Below are positions 18,646-28,252 of a stretch of 64,000 nucleotides of DNA, in pieces. Numbering within the stretch: the first letter of the stretch is position 1; every line of letters starts with the position of its first letter. This DNA comes from Candidatus Magasanikbacteria bacterium UBA922 (lineage in GTDB: Bacteria > Patescibacteriota > Patescibacteriia > Magasanikbacterales > UBA922). The stretch is taken from NCBI GenBank assembly GCA_002293825.1, contig DBDW01000008.1, positions 9,430 to 73,429 of the forward strand, given 5' to 3'. The notes under the pieces are model-generated. The model saw only the letters and a list, made by a program, of their open reading frames with translations, had not been told where the DNA came from and did not search any database. Position numbers and translations under genes: made by a program.

Positions 18646-19188
18646 ATGAAAACATACCTACTCGTCGTACTCGCTCTTGCTAGCTATGGAGTATTCGCCC
18701 GCCTTATACCACACGACCCTAATTTTGTACCTCTCACAGCACTTGCACTTGTTGGAGGGCTCTATCTCCCTCGCCAATGGGCATATATCGTCCCTATATC
18801 TGCAATGTTCGTAAGTGACATGTTTATTGGCTTTTACCACCCACTCATCATGCTCTCAGTGTATGGATGTCTTATCCTCGCTACATATCTCGGTACAAAA
18901 ACCCGATCCTCAAAACGCATCCTCTCTATTCTCGGTATCACTCTCACAAGCTCACTTGCGTTTTATCTTGTAACCAATGGTATGGTATGGGCTTTTGGTA
19001 CACTCTACCCAAAAACCATCACAGGACTCATGGAAAGCTACTATTTCGCACTTCCATTCTTCCGCAACAGTCTTCTCAGTGATTTTCTCTATACTGGAAT
19101 ACTTGTGGGAGGAATCGAGACTTTCACATGGTGGAGTAGACACCGCGCATCGAAAAGAGTCGAGGCACTTGCTCACCATAAATCATAG
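18646..19188 (+). CDS. small polytopic membrane protein, possibly an ECF-S/BtuM-like cobalamin transporter component
   Basis: 180 aa with about 5 TM helices, immediately downstream of the B12-binding-like genes. The assignment is by context only. Confidence 0.3.
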   Translation: MKTYLLVVLALASYGVFARLIPHDPNFVPLTALALVGGLYLPRQWAYIVPISAMFVSDMFIGFYHPLIMLSVYGCLILATYLGTKTRSSKRILSILGITLTSSLAFYLVTNGMVWAFGTLYPKTITGLMESYYFALPFFRNSLLSDFLYTGILVGGIETFTWWSRHRASKRVEALAHHKS

Positions 19189-19193
19189 TTTAC

Positions 19194-19233
19194 AAAAAAA
19201 CATCCTGATGTATAGTCAGGATGTTTTTTATTA
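19194..19233. terminator. intrinsic terminator, a repeated element identical to the one at 22775
   Basis: AAAAAAACATCCTGAT-gtatag-TCAGGATGTTTTTTATT. Confidence 0.6.
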
Positions 19234-20709
19234 TTACCCTCGTGGTTCAATTGCAGGTTCCTTCATGTATTCTGCCTCCTCACTCATGGGTTCGTATGGC
19301 ATAATCGTAATTGGCTCTTCACTTTGTTTTTCAAGTTCTGCCAACATTTCACGTGCCAACGGAATCACCACGGTCTCTTGCCACAATCCTTCTTTTTGTA
19401 CTGATTCAAAATCTTGTACCCGGGCTATAAGTGCTGGAACAAAAATTTCATTCGAGGTGCCTGTAGCTTCATCAAACTGCCATCGTCTCATATATCCCTC
19501 AGACACGTTTTCAAGTACCACATCAACGGTCTTGGTCGGCTCTGCATATACCGGCATACGACCCTTCGAAAGAATAGCACGGAGACGATTTTCATCTGTC
19601 TCACCTACATATGAGGATGCGCTAAATGTCTTTGTCATAATACCGTCCACACTAGTCACCCTCTTTTCTTGTGAATGTACATTCACGCGAATACCCATCG
19701 GCTCACCATATTCTTCATATACAGGTTTCCCATTGATAACCAATTGATACACTACTGTCTGAACATTTGGAATATAAAACAAACTCTTATCAGTCGCTGT
19801 TTCGTACCCTACTCTCCATCGACTATCTACTGTTCCAGGTGCGTGTGCACGCATATCAATTCCGTATTCAGCAAGAAATGAATCTGCAATTGATATTAAT
19901 TCCTCATCTTCGAGCACATCACTGATTGTGGGTTGCTGAAACGTTCGTACCGGCCATTTTGAATAATTTTCAAAAATTGAAACATACCCACCTACCATGT
20001 CGACCGTCACTACATATCCTCTATCTCGATCTTCTGCCAACGTAAAACTCTGCACATACGCATTATTCACTTTCCCAAGATCGAATAATCCCATTTTTAT
20101 TCTTTGTAACACACCTGCATACTGTGAACCTGCATCGTTATTTGACTCACGTTTCAATACTTCAACAGTTTCAGATAATGAGGGTATCGTACTCTCAAAT
20201 GAAAAGTTGTAATTGGTGTACACTGGTTCGTATAAAAGTGAGCTCATTTTTTCAACACCGCCTCCGAATTCCATAGTCTGTGCATCACCTCCACGTCCCT
20301 CATGTTGAGTATTTACTGAAACAGGCTGCAATGGACCAAACGCATTTGCTTCTGCTCGCGCAATACGCGTACCACCACTAAAACTGTTTTCAATGACACC
20401 TCCTGAAAGCGGGGAGCTAAAGTACACCACAGGGACCGCGATTGCAAGTGTTGCAATTGCTCCGCCGAGCGTGTGTACCCATGGTGATCTAAACCATGAA
20501 TAAGTTTCCTTTTTTGCCACGGCATGTTGAGTAGAAAATTTCTCAAGTACCCGCATTCTCAATTCTTTTGCAAAATTTTCATCATACTTTGTATCTGGTT
20601 TTTGTCTTGTCATAGCCTCGATAACTTGTGCGATTTCTATTTCATGTTTTTTCAATCCGGGGTCAATTGCATATAATTCCTGGAGTATATGCTGAATATT
20701 TTTTTCCAT
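19234..20709 (-). CDS. anti-sigma-factor-like single-pass membrane protein with a large extracytoplasmic domain
   Basis: A single TM segment (GGAIATLAIAVPVVYF) after a roughly 75-aa cytoplasmic N-terminus. Directly downstream of the ECF sigma gene. Confidence 0.45.
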   Translation of the reverse strand: MEKNIQHILQELYAIDPGLKKHEIEIAQVIEAMTRQKPDTKYDENFAKELRMRVLEKFSTQHAVAKKETYSWFRSPWVHTLGGAIATLAIAVPVVYFSSPLSGGVIENSFSGGTRIARAEANAFGPLQPVSVNTQHEGRGGDAQTMEFGGGVEKMSSLLYEPVYTNYNFSFESTIPSLSETVEVLKRESNNDAGSQYAGVLQRIKMGLFDLGKVNNAYVQSFTLAEDRDRGYVVTVDMVGGYVSIFENYSKWPVRTFQQPTISDVLEDEELISIADSFLAEYGIDMRAHAPGTVDSRWRVGYETATDKSLFYIPNVQTVVYQLVINGKPVYEEYGEPMGIRVNVHSQEKRVTSVDGIMTKTFSASSYVGETDENRLRAILSKGRMPVYAEPTKTVDVVLENVSEGYMRRWQFDEATGTSNEIFVPALIARVQDFESVQKEGLWQETVVIPLAREMLAELEKQSEEPITIMPYEPMSEEAEYMKEPAIEPRG

Positions 20710-20802
20710 AGTTTGATTATAATATTATTAGTACAACGTAGTGGATATCCATATACTTGTACTACGTTATTCGGAATACATAGTAACATCTGCTACAAGT
20801 AT

Positions 20803-21378
20803 TTATACCTTGCCACTCATTGCAAGAAACATACATACGTATATACCCATCGGTATCTGCGACCGAAGAGATTTTAATGCTCGAGATGTCGCCATTTTCA
20901 AACTTGCCTCACTTTTTCCCATGATTTCGGCAATCTCTTTATACGATAATTCATCCCATACTCTTAGTATAATGATTTCGCGTTCTTTTTCTGAAAGTTT
21001 TTGTAATGCACCTTGGACACGCATGAGCATTTCCTTGGTATCAAGTGAGGAGCCGAGGTCGACATGATCTGGTATATCGTATGCTTCTGGCATTGATGCA
21101 TATTTTTGTTTTTTTCGATATTCATCGACGAGCGTGTTTCGTGCAATACGATACAGCCACGACGATGTAGTTCCCTTTCCTGGATCAAAACTGGAGATAC
21201 GTTCAAGTGCTTTAGTAAATGTATCAGCCACAATATCTTCAGCACTCTGCTTATCTCGTGTTCTAAAAAAAGCGTAGTCGTATATTTTTTTCACAAATCC
21301 ATCATACACCACTCCAAACGCATTTCGATCTCCCTTGGCAGCTCGAAGCATGTACTCATCATAATTGATATGTTCTGA
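20803..21378 (-). CDS. ECF-type RNA polymerase sigma factor
   Basis: Sigma-70 region 2 (FVKKIYDYAFFRTRDKQSAEDIVADTF) and region 4 (LSEKEREIIILRVWDELSYKEIAEIMGKS). The start is probably MSEHINY. Confidence 0.75.
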   Translation of the reverse strand, partial: SEHINYDEYMLRAAKGDRNAFGVVYDGFVKKIYDYAFFRTRDKQSAEDIVADTFTKALERISSFDPGKGTTSSWLYRIARNTLVDEYRKKQKYASMPEAYDIPDHVDLGSSLDTKEMLMRVQGALQKLSEKEREIIILRVWDELSYKEIAEIMGKSEASLKMATSRALKSLRSQIPMGIYVCMFLAMSGKV

Positions 21379-21550
21379 CATAAACATCAGGTAATTAATA
21401 CAGCACGTACAGTATATCACATGCATATGCACAGATATCTATCCGTATGTATATTGTTCTTATTATGTAAAATTGTTATGCTATGTGTTCCCCTGGCCAT
21501 GCAGCATGCCGGGGTTCGACAGAAATGCTGCCCAAAGGAGAAATGGCCAC

Positions 21551-21871
21551 ATGGCCAAAGTGCTGAATGTTACTCTCTCCGGTGATCCAAGAAATCCGAG
21601 CGGTCCCTGCATCTCACACGCGTTCAACAACTACCGTTCATTCTTCAAAGACACGATCGTGTTCTACGGAGAAACTGACTCGGGTGTTCATGTCGAACTC
21701 GAGGTGAAGGTGAGCGAACTGCGATGGCTCGAAAAAACAGGCTCCTGGCAAGAAATCAAAGGGGTGACTGCTGACTCAAGCTCATCGTACGTGGCACAGC
21801 TCGAGACGGATAAAAAGATCGGTTCCATCCGATGCACCTCTCTCGCCAAGGCGTCCTACGCTGAAGCCTGA
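21551..21871 (+). CDS. hypothetical 106-aa protein (GC-rich cassette C)
   Basis: AAGGAG SD and GC3-rich codons. Followed by an 11-bp perfect inverted repeat, TGCCCACACAC...GTGTGTGGGCA. A possible promoter, TTGTTC-17-TATGCT, lies upstream. Confidence 0.45.
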   Translation: MAKVLNVTLSGDPRNPSGPCISHAFNNYRSFFKDTIVFYGETDSGVHVELEVKVSELRWLEKTGSWQEIKGVTADSSSSYVAQLETDKKIGSIRCTSLAKASYAEA

Positions 21872-22053
21872 TCACCCTGAGGAGTAATTCTATTGCCCAC
21901 ACACCATTGTACCTCGTATACATGTGTGTGGGCACCTTTACACCAGATCCTACAACATCTCTTAATACGTGACACCGCCGAAAAAGTAACACACTTGCCA
22001 AATTCTACGTTCTCAGCTATACTTGTTTATTCTCATTCCCTGAATTACTTCCT

Positions 22054-22740
22054 ATGGAACAGAATAAACAGAAAATAGCAGTATTCGATATCGACGGCAC
22101 TATTTTCCGCTCAAATCTTCATTTTGAACTCTTCAAAGGTCTCGTAGAATATGGAATCTTCCCATCAATCGTACTCAAAGAAATCGAAGAATATCATGAT
22201 GACTGGATCAATCGACGAGGAAAATATCGTGACTTTGAAAAATCACTGATTCTCTCATATCAAAACCGTCTCAAAGGAAAAGTGGTCGAAGATATCGAAA
22301 AAGTTAGCCGAATTGTGGTGCAAGAAAAAATGGAGCATGTCTATGTGTACACCAGAGACATGATCGAAAAACTAAGAGAAGATCACATCCTTCTAGCTAT
22401 TTCAGGATCACCTCATGAAATCGTGACTGCATTTACCGAATATTGGAAATTCGATCGTGCGTATGGGACCGTGTATGCATCTGAAAACGGAATTTTCACC
22501 AGCGATATTATTTTTCCTTCATACGAAATCAAAGATCATACTCTCAAAAATTTTTGCACCGAAGCAGGTCTCTCACTTGAAGGATCCGTAGGGATCGGTG
22601 ACACCAGTGGAGACGTAGCATTCCTCGATCTGGTGGAACATCCTATTGCATTCAACCCAAGCAAGGAGCTCTTTGCTGTAGCACAAGAGAAACAATGGAA
22701 AACAGTAGTCGAGCGAAAAGACGTCATTTACGAAATGTAA
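22054..22740 (+). CDS. HAD-superfamily hydrolase (subfamily IB-like)
   Basis: Motif I VFDIDGTIF and the other HAD motifs near the C-terminus (GDTSGD). Confidence 0.7.
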   Translation: MEQNKQKIAVFDIDGTIFRSNLHFELFKGLVEYGIFPSIVLKEIEEYHDDWINRRGKYRDFEKSLILSYQNRLKGKVVEDIEKVSRIVVQEKMEHVYVYTRDMIEKLREDHILLAISGSPHEIVTAFTEYWKFDRAYGTVYASENGIFTSDIIFPSYEIKDHTLKNFCTEAGLSLEGSVGIGDTSGDVAFLDLVEHPIAFNPSKELFAVAQEKQWKTVVERKDVIYEM

Positions 22741-22774
22741 TGTTAGGTGATTACGATTTGCCCGTTCAAAATAT

Positions 22775-22811
22775 AAAAAACATCCTGATGTATAGTCAGG
22801 ATGTTTTTTAT
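22775..22811. terminator. intrinsic terminator, a repeated element identical to the one at 19194
   Basis: AAAAAACATCCTGAT-gtatag-TCAGGATGTTTTTTATTTCACATT. Confidence 0.6.
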
Positions 22812-22817
22812 TTCACA

Positions 22818-23333
22818 TTACGAATTGCGTTCTTCAATGTGCACGTTGAATCGTTTTTTGAATTTCCCTTCACTATCAGATCTCTTTTCATGCAATTCAT
22901 CTATACGTGTTTTCATGAATTCGAGACGTGTTTCAGCCTGTGCCTGGGTAATCACACCTGCATCTACCAATGCCTGCAATCGCTCTTTCATCTGAGCCTC
23001 TCCATATGTGCGCATTTTTTCTTGCACCACAGTATGGTCAATTCCCTTTTCTTCAAGAAGAGTTTCTAATTTCTTACCCTCCGCCCACGCACCAGCAATT
23101 TCTTCCACTGGAATTCCTGTTATTTCTGACTGATGTGTAAACAGTTGAGTCTGTCTTTCTACAAACTCTTGAGGAGTTTTTATTACACCCATCCCCAACC
23201 CTCGTCCACCACGATGCGTTTCAGTAAAATTTTCAGAGATCATGTTTTGTGCAGCAGACACTGTCCCCGCTCCTAAAAATACTACTGCGAGCGCGGGTAC
23301 TATTCCGTAGGTAAAAATTTTTTTCATATACAT
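22818..23333 (-). CDS. secreted DUF2680/YckD-like protein
   Basis: Signal peptide plus repeated helical ...AGVITQAQAETRLEF... motifs. Confidence 0.45.
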   Translation of the reverse strand: MYMKKIFTYGIVPALAVVFLGAGTVSAAQNMISENFTETHRGGRGLGMGVIKTPQEFVERQTQLFTHQSEITGIPVEEIAGAWAEGKKLETLLEEKGIDHTVVQEKMRTYGEAQMKERLQALVDAGVITQAQAETRLEFMKTRIDELHEKRSDSEGKFKKRFNVHIEERNS

Positions 23334-23397
23334 ATAAGATTAATAGATACTATATTGTCACCCGGGTTATACTATTATTACACTATCCAAAAAATTT

Positions 23398-24099
23398 TTA
23401 TTTCATTTCTGGAATCTGTCGCACACCCAAAGCTTCAATAGTCGAACCAATCTTTTTGCCCACCACGATTACTCGATCACCTACTTGAAGTGCTTCACGA
23501 GCAATTATGCGAGTACCTGGATGGATTGATACGATAATCACCTCTTGACGCGGGTTTTTCATATCAAACCCCTTATTAGTAAAGAAAATAATTTTTCCCA
23601 CTTCTGCATTATTCCACACAGGCTCGCGTATTTCTCGATATAAATTATGCATCACCGGAAGAGGTCGCATCTCCATCCGATGCATCATCACCACATGTAG
23701 TGGTGTGCGCGCAAGCATCCATGCAGTTCCCAATATAATCACCACCATGATACCTGCTGAATACAATAATGGCCTACGATATGCAAACGAATATTTCTGC
23801 ACCAACAACTCAAGTACGATCAAAAACACACCAATCAATATAATTAAAATCCATGGCAATGATTTAAGAAACACAATCATTCCATACCACCCAAATCCTG
23901 GTGCAAATAAAATTCCCGTCTCTCGAAGTCCAAACATGATAAGACTCATGAGATAAATCAATACCAGAAAAAGAATTATAAATCCAAGTGTTGCTAGCAC
24001 TGTTTTCAATACAAAATGCCAGCGCGGACGCATCACAATCTCACCCCGTTTAATTGCAGTGAGAACCTTTGCCTGAATTTTTTGAGTATGTTCATCCAT
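23398..24099 (-). CDS. membrane protein, a putative anti-sigma factor partner
   Basis: Four TM segments plus a C-terminal soluble domain. Immediately downstream of the ECF sigma gene. Confidence 0.35.
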   Translation of the reverse strand: MDEHTQKIQAKVLTAIKRGEIVMRPRWHFVLKTVLATLGFIILFLVLIYLMSLIMFGLRETGILFAPGFGWYGMIVFLKSLPWILIILIGVFLIVLELLVQKYSFAYRRPLLYSAGIMVVIILGTAWMLARTPLHVVMMHRMEMRPLPVMHNLYREIREPVWNNAEVGKIIFFTNKGFDMKNPRQEVIIVSIHPGTRIIAREALQVGDRVIVVGKKIGSTIEALGVRQIPEMK

Positions 24100-24103
24100 A
24101 TAA

Positions 24104-24673
24104 TTATTTCGGAGAAACTATTTTTTTGAGCTGCGCTTTCGCTCGAGCGATTCGCACTCCTACTGTAGAGATCGGTATCGACAATACATCAGCGATCTCT
24201 TTGTATCCCAACTCTTCGAGATAGAATAATATCAATACTTCACGATATTTGGGAGAAAGCTGCTTCATTCTATCTACAATTTTTTCCGTACTTTCTTTCG
24301 TATCAAGCAAACCTTCAAGTGTGTCTTCGGTACGAACCGGTAGACTGATAAACGTGTCAAAGTCAAAAAATGATACCGGCTCCCTTCCATTCTTTTTGAT
24401 TACGTTAATAAACGTATTATGAGCAATTCGATATATCCATGTTGAAAATTTTTTATCAGTATCAAAACTTTTAATATTTCGATATGTCTTGATAAAGACT
24501 TCCTGAACCGCATCTTCTAAATCTTCGTATGAATACAAAAACCGCTGACCGTAACGCAGCATTTTTTGTTCATATCGCTGAAACAATATCGTAAACGCAT
24601 CGTCAGTACCCTGTTGCACTGCCCGTGCGAGTTCCTCATCACTCATGTGTGTCTGCATATACGTTTTGAACAT
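24104..24673 (-). CDS. ECF-type RNA polymerase sigma factor
   Basis: Region 2 (QEVFIKTYRNIKSFD..FSTWIYRIAHN) and region 4 (ILFYLEELGYKEIADVLSIPISTVGVRIARA). Confidence 0.75.
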   Translation of the reverse strand: MFKTYMQTHMSDEELARAVQQGTDDAFTILFQRYEQKMLRYGQRFLYSYEDLEDAVQEVFIKTYRNIKSFDTDKKFSTWIYRIAHNTFINVIKKNGREPVSFFDFDTFISLPVRTEDTLEGLLDTKESTEKIVDRMKQLSPKYREVLILFYLEELGYKEIADVLSIPISTVGVRIARAKAQLKKIVSPK

Positions 24674-24834
24674 ACCTTACAGATATGCCTCTCTAGTACT
24701 ACACCCTCACCCCTTCATTTATTTCATCTATAGGACAATACCTCTACTAACTATAAAATCAAACATTACATACGTCAATAAAGCCCTATTTTGTCATCTT
24801 GTGATTATCTTTCGATATGCTATGATAGTATTCT

Positions 24835-25338
24835 ATGCAACTCCCCTACCGAAAACCAGGAAAATTTAGTCGTCCACTATTTGATCCTCATATTACCCAA
24901 GAAAAACACGATGAGCTCACGCAAACACTAGAGACTCTCCTCCGCAAGCGTCCACACGCTGCACGAGAAGTAGCACGGCTCGCTGAATTGGGTGATTTTT
25001 CAGAAAACGTAGAATATCAGCTCGCTAAAGGCCGTTTGCGACGTATCAACGAACAGATACTCGTCCTTGAAAATCAGCTCAAACAAGCAGAAATCATCCA
25101 TACTGACCACTCTTCCCCCTTTATAGAACTCGGAGACACGCTTGAAGTTTCGGTCAACGGTAGCACAAAAACACTCACCATTCTCGGATCTTCTGAGACT
25201 GATCCTGTCCGTGGAATCATTTCCCAGCATTCGCCAATCGGCACAGCTCTACTTGGAAAAAAAATCGGTGAAACTGTTGTTGTTCCGATTGGGAAACGGA
25301 CAGTAACGTATACCATATTATCAAAAAAGCGCCCATAA
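24835..25338 (+). CDS. greA: transcription elongation factor GreA
   Basis: N-terminal coiled coil and C-terminal FKBP-like domain. The GDFSENVEYQLAKGRL signature contains the acidic D/E tip. Confidence 0.85.
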   Translation: MQLPYRKPGKFSRPLFDPHITQEKHDELTQTLETLLRKRPHAAREVARLAELGDFSENVEYQLAKGRLRRINEQILVLENQLKQAEIIHTDHSSPFIELGDTLEVSVNGSTKTLTILGSSETDPVRGIISQHSPIGTALLGKKIGETVVVPIGKRTVTYTILSKKRP

Positions 25339-25348
25339 GCGCTTTTTA
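25323..25348. terminator. bidirectional intrinsic terminator
   Basis: AAAAAAGCGC-ccataa-GCGCTTTTTATT. Confidence 0.55.
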
Positions 25349-26560
25349 TTATTGTCCAATTTCCTGTGCCAAAAGTTTTTTACCACGCTCTACCCATTCG
25401 GTAAACCCGCCATGTTCCATTTCGAGTATGTAATCACTAATCAGTGTCTTTCGCTGAGAAAAATCGATTTCTGGACGAGTCGCAAGATATCTCTCAATAC
25501 ACTCGTACTGAAATGAGAGTCGCTCAGTCTCATTCTCGATCTGCAACCACAAATTATTCTCGAATGCCCATGCAATAAATGCGGGATCATCCTTTTTTTC
25601 TATAATCATTGTGCTGAGTTGTTCCTGAATTGCCTCAGTATCATTTCCACTATAATCATCACGAGAAAGCCTGTTCTTGATCGGATCCATTGTTTTTTCA
25701 AGATACTCGTTCAATTCACTTGGGATATATGGAATATCTGCGACGGTGTGCGCTGGACGCATGGTAAGGGAAATATTATCTGGATGGTGCGCGAGTTGTA
25801 TACGAGATAATTCCCGAACAATGGTTTCAGCCTCATCAAACGTAAGATCAGTTTGTACAATTTTATAAATAATATAATGAAGTACGGTATCTATTTTTGA
25901 TGGCTCATCTGGAATATAATCAATAAGCATTTTTTTAATAAATGTCGAATGATTGTGTGCACGCTGCGGTTCTCCAATCTGATATACATGTCGCTGTCTC
26001 AACCATTGCAATGTTTCAGTTGTAGGTAATCTGAGACTTCGAAGAATACCCAATGTTTCTGAAAAACCAACAATCACCACATAATCTGCAGTGTATCCTA
26101 CAATTTTTTCAATCTGAGTAATTCCATACTCAATTCCACCAAACGCACAGGCATTTGATACATAGTAATCACTCGAAGTCGTCCCTGCCCCGGGAGGAAG
26201 CGGAGAATACGTACCCCGCGGTACTGCCGTAATGGTGACATGTTCTTTAACCTTATCAATAGATACCATCTGAATCACATCACAATGACCATTGGTCTGC
26301 CCGACACGCTTATCCAATCCGAGAAGTAATATACGGACAGTCCCATCTTCTCCAAACGGATCACTTGTCGTATTCACATCTTTTTCCATTTTTGCACGAC
26401 GAGCCGAGAGTACCCGCTCGATCGCTTCTTCCTGTGCACGCACCACCGCTCGACCATCATCACCCGCCTTAAACCACAACAAAGCCGTATACCCATACCA
26501 GGCAAGGGCTCCTGCAACCATCACACCAAGAATAATTAGAATAGTCTTTTTCATGAACAT
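25349..26560 (-). CDS. LytR-CpsA-Psr (LCP) family cell-envelope phosphotransferase
   Basis: N-terminal TM followed by the LCP core: ILLLGLDKR....HCDVIQMVSID....ITAVPRGT. Confidence 0.7.
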   Translation of the reverse strand: MFMKKTILIILGVMVAGALAWYGYTALLWFKAGDDGRAVVRAQEEAIERVLSARRAKMEKDVNTTSDPFGEDGTVRILLLGLDKRVGQTNGHCDVIQMVSIDKVKEHVTITAVPRGTYSPLPPGAGTTSSDYYVSNACAFGGIEYGITQIEKIVGYTADYVVIVGFSETLGILRSLRLPTTETLQWLRQRHVYQIGEPQRAHNHSTFIKKMLIDYIPDEPSKIDTVLHYIIYKIVQTDLTFDEAETIVRELSRIQLAHHPDNISLTMRPAHTVADIPYIPSELNEYLEKTMDPIKNRLSRDDYSGNDTEAIQEQLSTMIIEKKDDPAFIAWAFENNLWLQIENETERLSFQYECIERYLATRPEIDFSQRKTLISDYILEMEHGGFTEWVERGKKLLAQEIGQ

Positions 26561-26730
26561 TATCCTACTATTTTTGATACAAAAACACAACCATAGTACT
26601 GTGCATGCGTTGTGTATCAAAAAAACCACCCATCGTATGTAGTAAGTATCTTCGATATAATCGACTACTTACCACAATCGAAGTGTGGGTGGTTTTTCTG
26701 CACACACACCTCGATAGGCATGTGCCACAC

Positions 26731-27432
26731 TCACTCGATCGGAAAACGGTGACGAACTTCGAAGTGCACTCCACGCTTATCCAGCATGAACTGCACCACA
26801 TCGACCGACACGTAGAGATTCTCCCGCCCACTCGCAGGAAAATCTTCCATCACCTTCGGAAGTCCGCTCTTTTCGATCGCTTCTGCGGACATCGCTCCGG
26901 TAAACCGAGCGATCGTCATGTGCGTACCCCAGGGAAGTGGAAGCTCGGCCCCTTTCCGATGACAGGATCCGAGCATCTCGGACATGGAGTGTACCAGCTC
27001 TGCAGTGGGATACGTCTTCAGGATTGCCGACACCTGATTGAATGTCGGGCGATCGATTCTTGCCGCAAGACGAGACCGATCCCGATTGCCCCACGTGCGA
27101 ATTGTTTCCTCGACAGCATCGTAGCAGGCGTCCAAGATCTGGACCACCTTTTCTTCGGACTCCTGCACGCAGTCCACGAGACCGATCACCGTATGTAGAT
27201 CACGAGTCTCATACACCAGTGCCGACGGAACTGCTTTTTTGAGCTTTTTGAGCCACGGTGCGAACGCCTCCCTGATGTTCTGGTGTGGTCTCATGACGAT
27301 TCCAACACCACGCGAAGGTCGTGTGAACACCGGATCTTCCAGAACTCCTTCTTTCCGTGCTTTCCAGTGCCCCGCCCGAATCTCGTCGTAGATTTTATCC
27401 TGCCGATGAATAAACGCAGGAAAATTGAGCAT
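26731..27432 (-). CDS. 2H phosphoesterase superfamily protein (LigT/ThpR-like) in GC-rich cassette D
   Basis: Two HxT/S motifs (LHTVIGLV and HMTIARF), GC3-rich codons and a strong SD (GGAGGGGGG) before MLNFPAF. The track ORF is 14 codons longer. Confidence 0.5.
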   Translation of the reverse strand: MLNFPAFIHRQDKIYDEIRAGHWKARKEGVLEDPVFTRPSRGVGIVMRPHQNIREAFAPWLKKLKKAVPSALVYETRDLHTVIGLVDCVQESEEKVVQILDACYDAVEETIRTWGNRDRSRLAARIDRPTFNQVSAILKTYPTAELVHSMSEMLGSCHRKGAELPLPWGTHMTIARFTGAMSAEAIEKSGLPKVMEDFPASGRENLYVSVDVVQFMLDKRGVHFEVRHRFPIE

Positions 27433-27544
27433 GATTCCCCCCTCCCATATCGAATGTTGTCTGTACCACTTCATCGACCCTATGTCGAAAAAGTACTACG
27501 ATTATCTATCATATCACACTCCTTTTGTCAACCGATATTCATAC

Positions 27545-27571
27545 AAAAAAATCTCTATTATAGAGATTTTT
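27545..27571. terminator. perfect palindromic bidirectional terminator
   Basis: AAAAAAATCTCTA-tta-TAGAGATTTTTT. Confidence 0.6.
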
Positions 27572-27597
27572 TAGGCATCATTCATTTTATACAGCTA

Positions 27598-28233
27598 TTA
27601 CGTTTTTCTTTTTTTACCCTCACTTACCATCATATAAATCATCACACTCACAATTGCTGCAAAAAAGCACCATACCGACGTAAAATTTTCATAATAAAGC
27701 CATGACGCGATAAACGCTGAAATGGCCATAATAAAAAATAACACTTTTACCATATATCTACTCGACAACACTCCCGCACCTACTGTAACAAACATATACA
27801 TCACTGCAGCTACCATGCTATATGGTGCCTGATATTCATAGTAAATACACTGATTCACGACCGACGCACTCACCGGATTCATGAGAAAATGTACATATAA
27901 ATACATACCGAGTGCTGTACCAATCAGACACGCAATCGTGAGCACTGTTCTCCTCCATCCAAAAGGTTCGATACTTCGAACAGCAAAAGGTACAAATGTA
28001 GGCCACCAAAATAATGCAAAGAATAAAAACAATGCACTCAACAATACTGCATCACTTCCACCATCAGCAATCGTAAGCCACAACCCACCTTCGATTGCCT
28101 GCTGAATCGCAAATACAAGTGGAATCGTTGCAAGTGGCAACATTTTTCTATCTTTTGTTTTTGCGAGTGTTGCAATACCCGTAGCTCCTAGCACCGCACT
28201 TGCCGCAAAGCTTGCGGTAGCTGAAAAACACAT
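27598..28233 (-). CDS. hypothetical polytopic membrane protein
   Basis: 211 aa with about 6 TM helices and no motif recognised. Confidence 0.4.
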   Translation of the reverse strand: MCFSATASFAASAVLGATGIATLAKTKDRKMLPLATIPLVFAIQQAIEGGLWLTIADGGSDAVLLSALFLFFALFWWPTFVPFAVRSIEPFGWRRTVLTIACLIGTALGMYLYVHFLMNPVSASVVNQCIYYEYQAPYSMVAAVMYMFVTVGAGVLSSRYMVKVLFFIMAISAFIASWLYYENFTSVWCFFAAIVSVMIYMMVSEGKKRKT

Positions 28234-28252
28234 ACGAAATCTGGGTATTGAA

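Noticed and set aside
26605-27242. Plus-strand ORFs overlapping the 2H phosphoesterase gene (197 and 66 aa), and similar antisense ORFs at 4561..4884, 7326..7718 and 18087..18638
   Set aside because: All are antisense to, or out of frame with, well-supported genes. They have R/P/S-rich low-complexity translations and no RBS.
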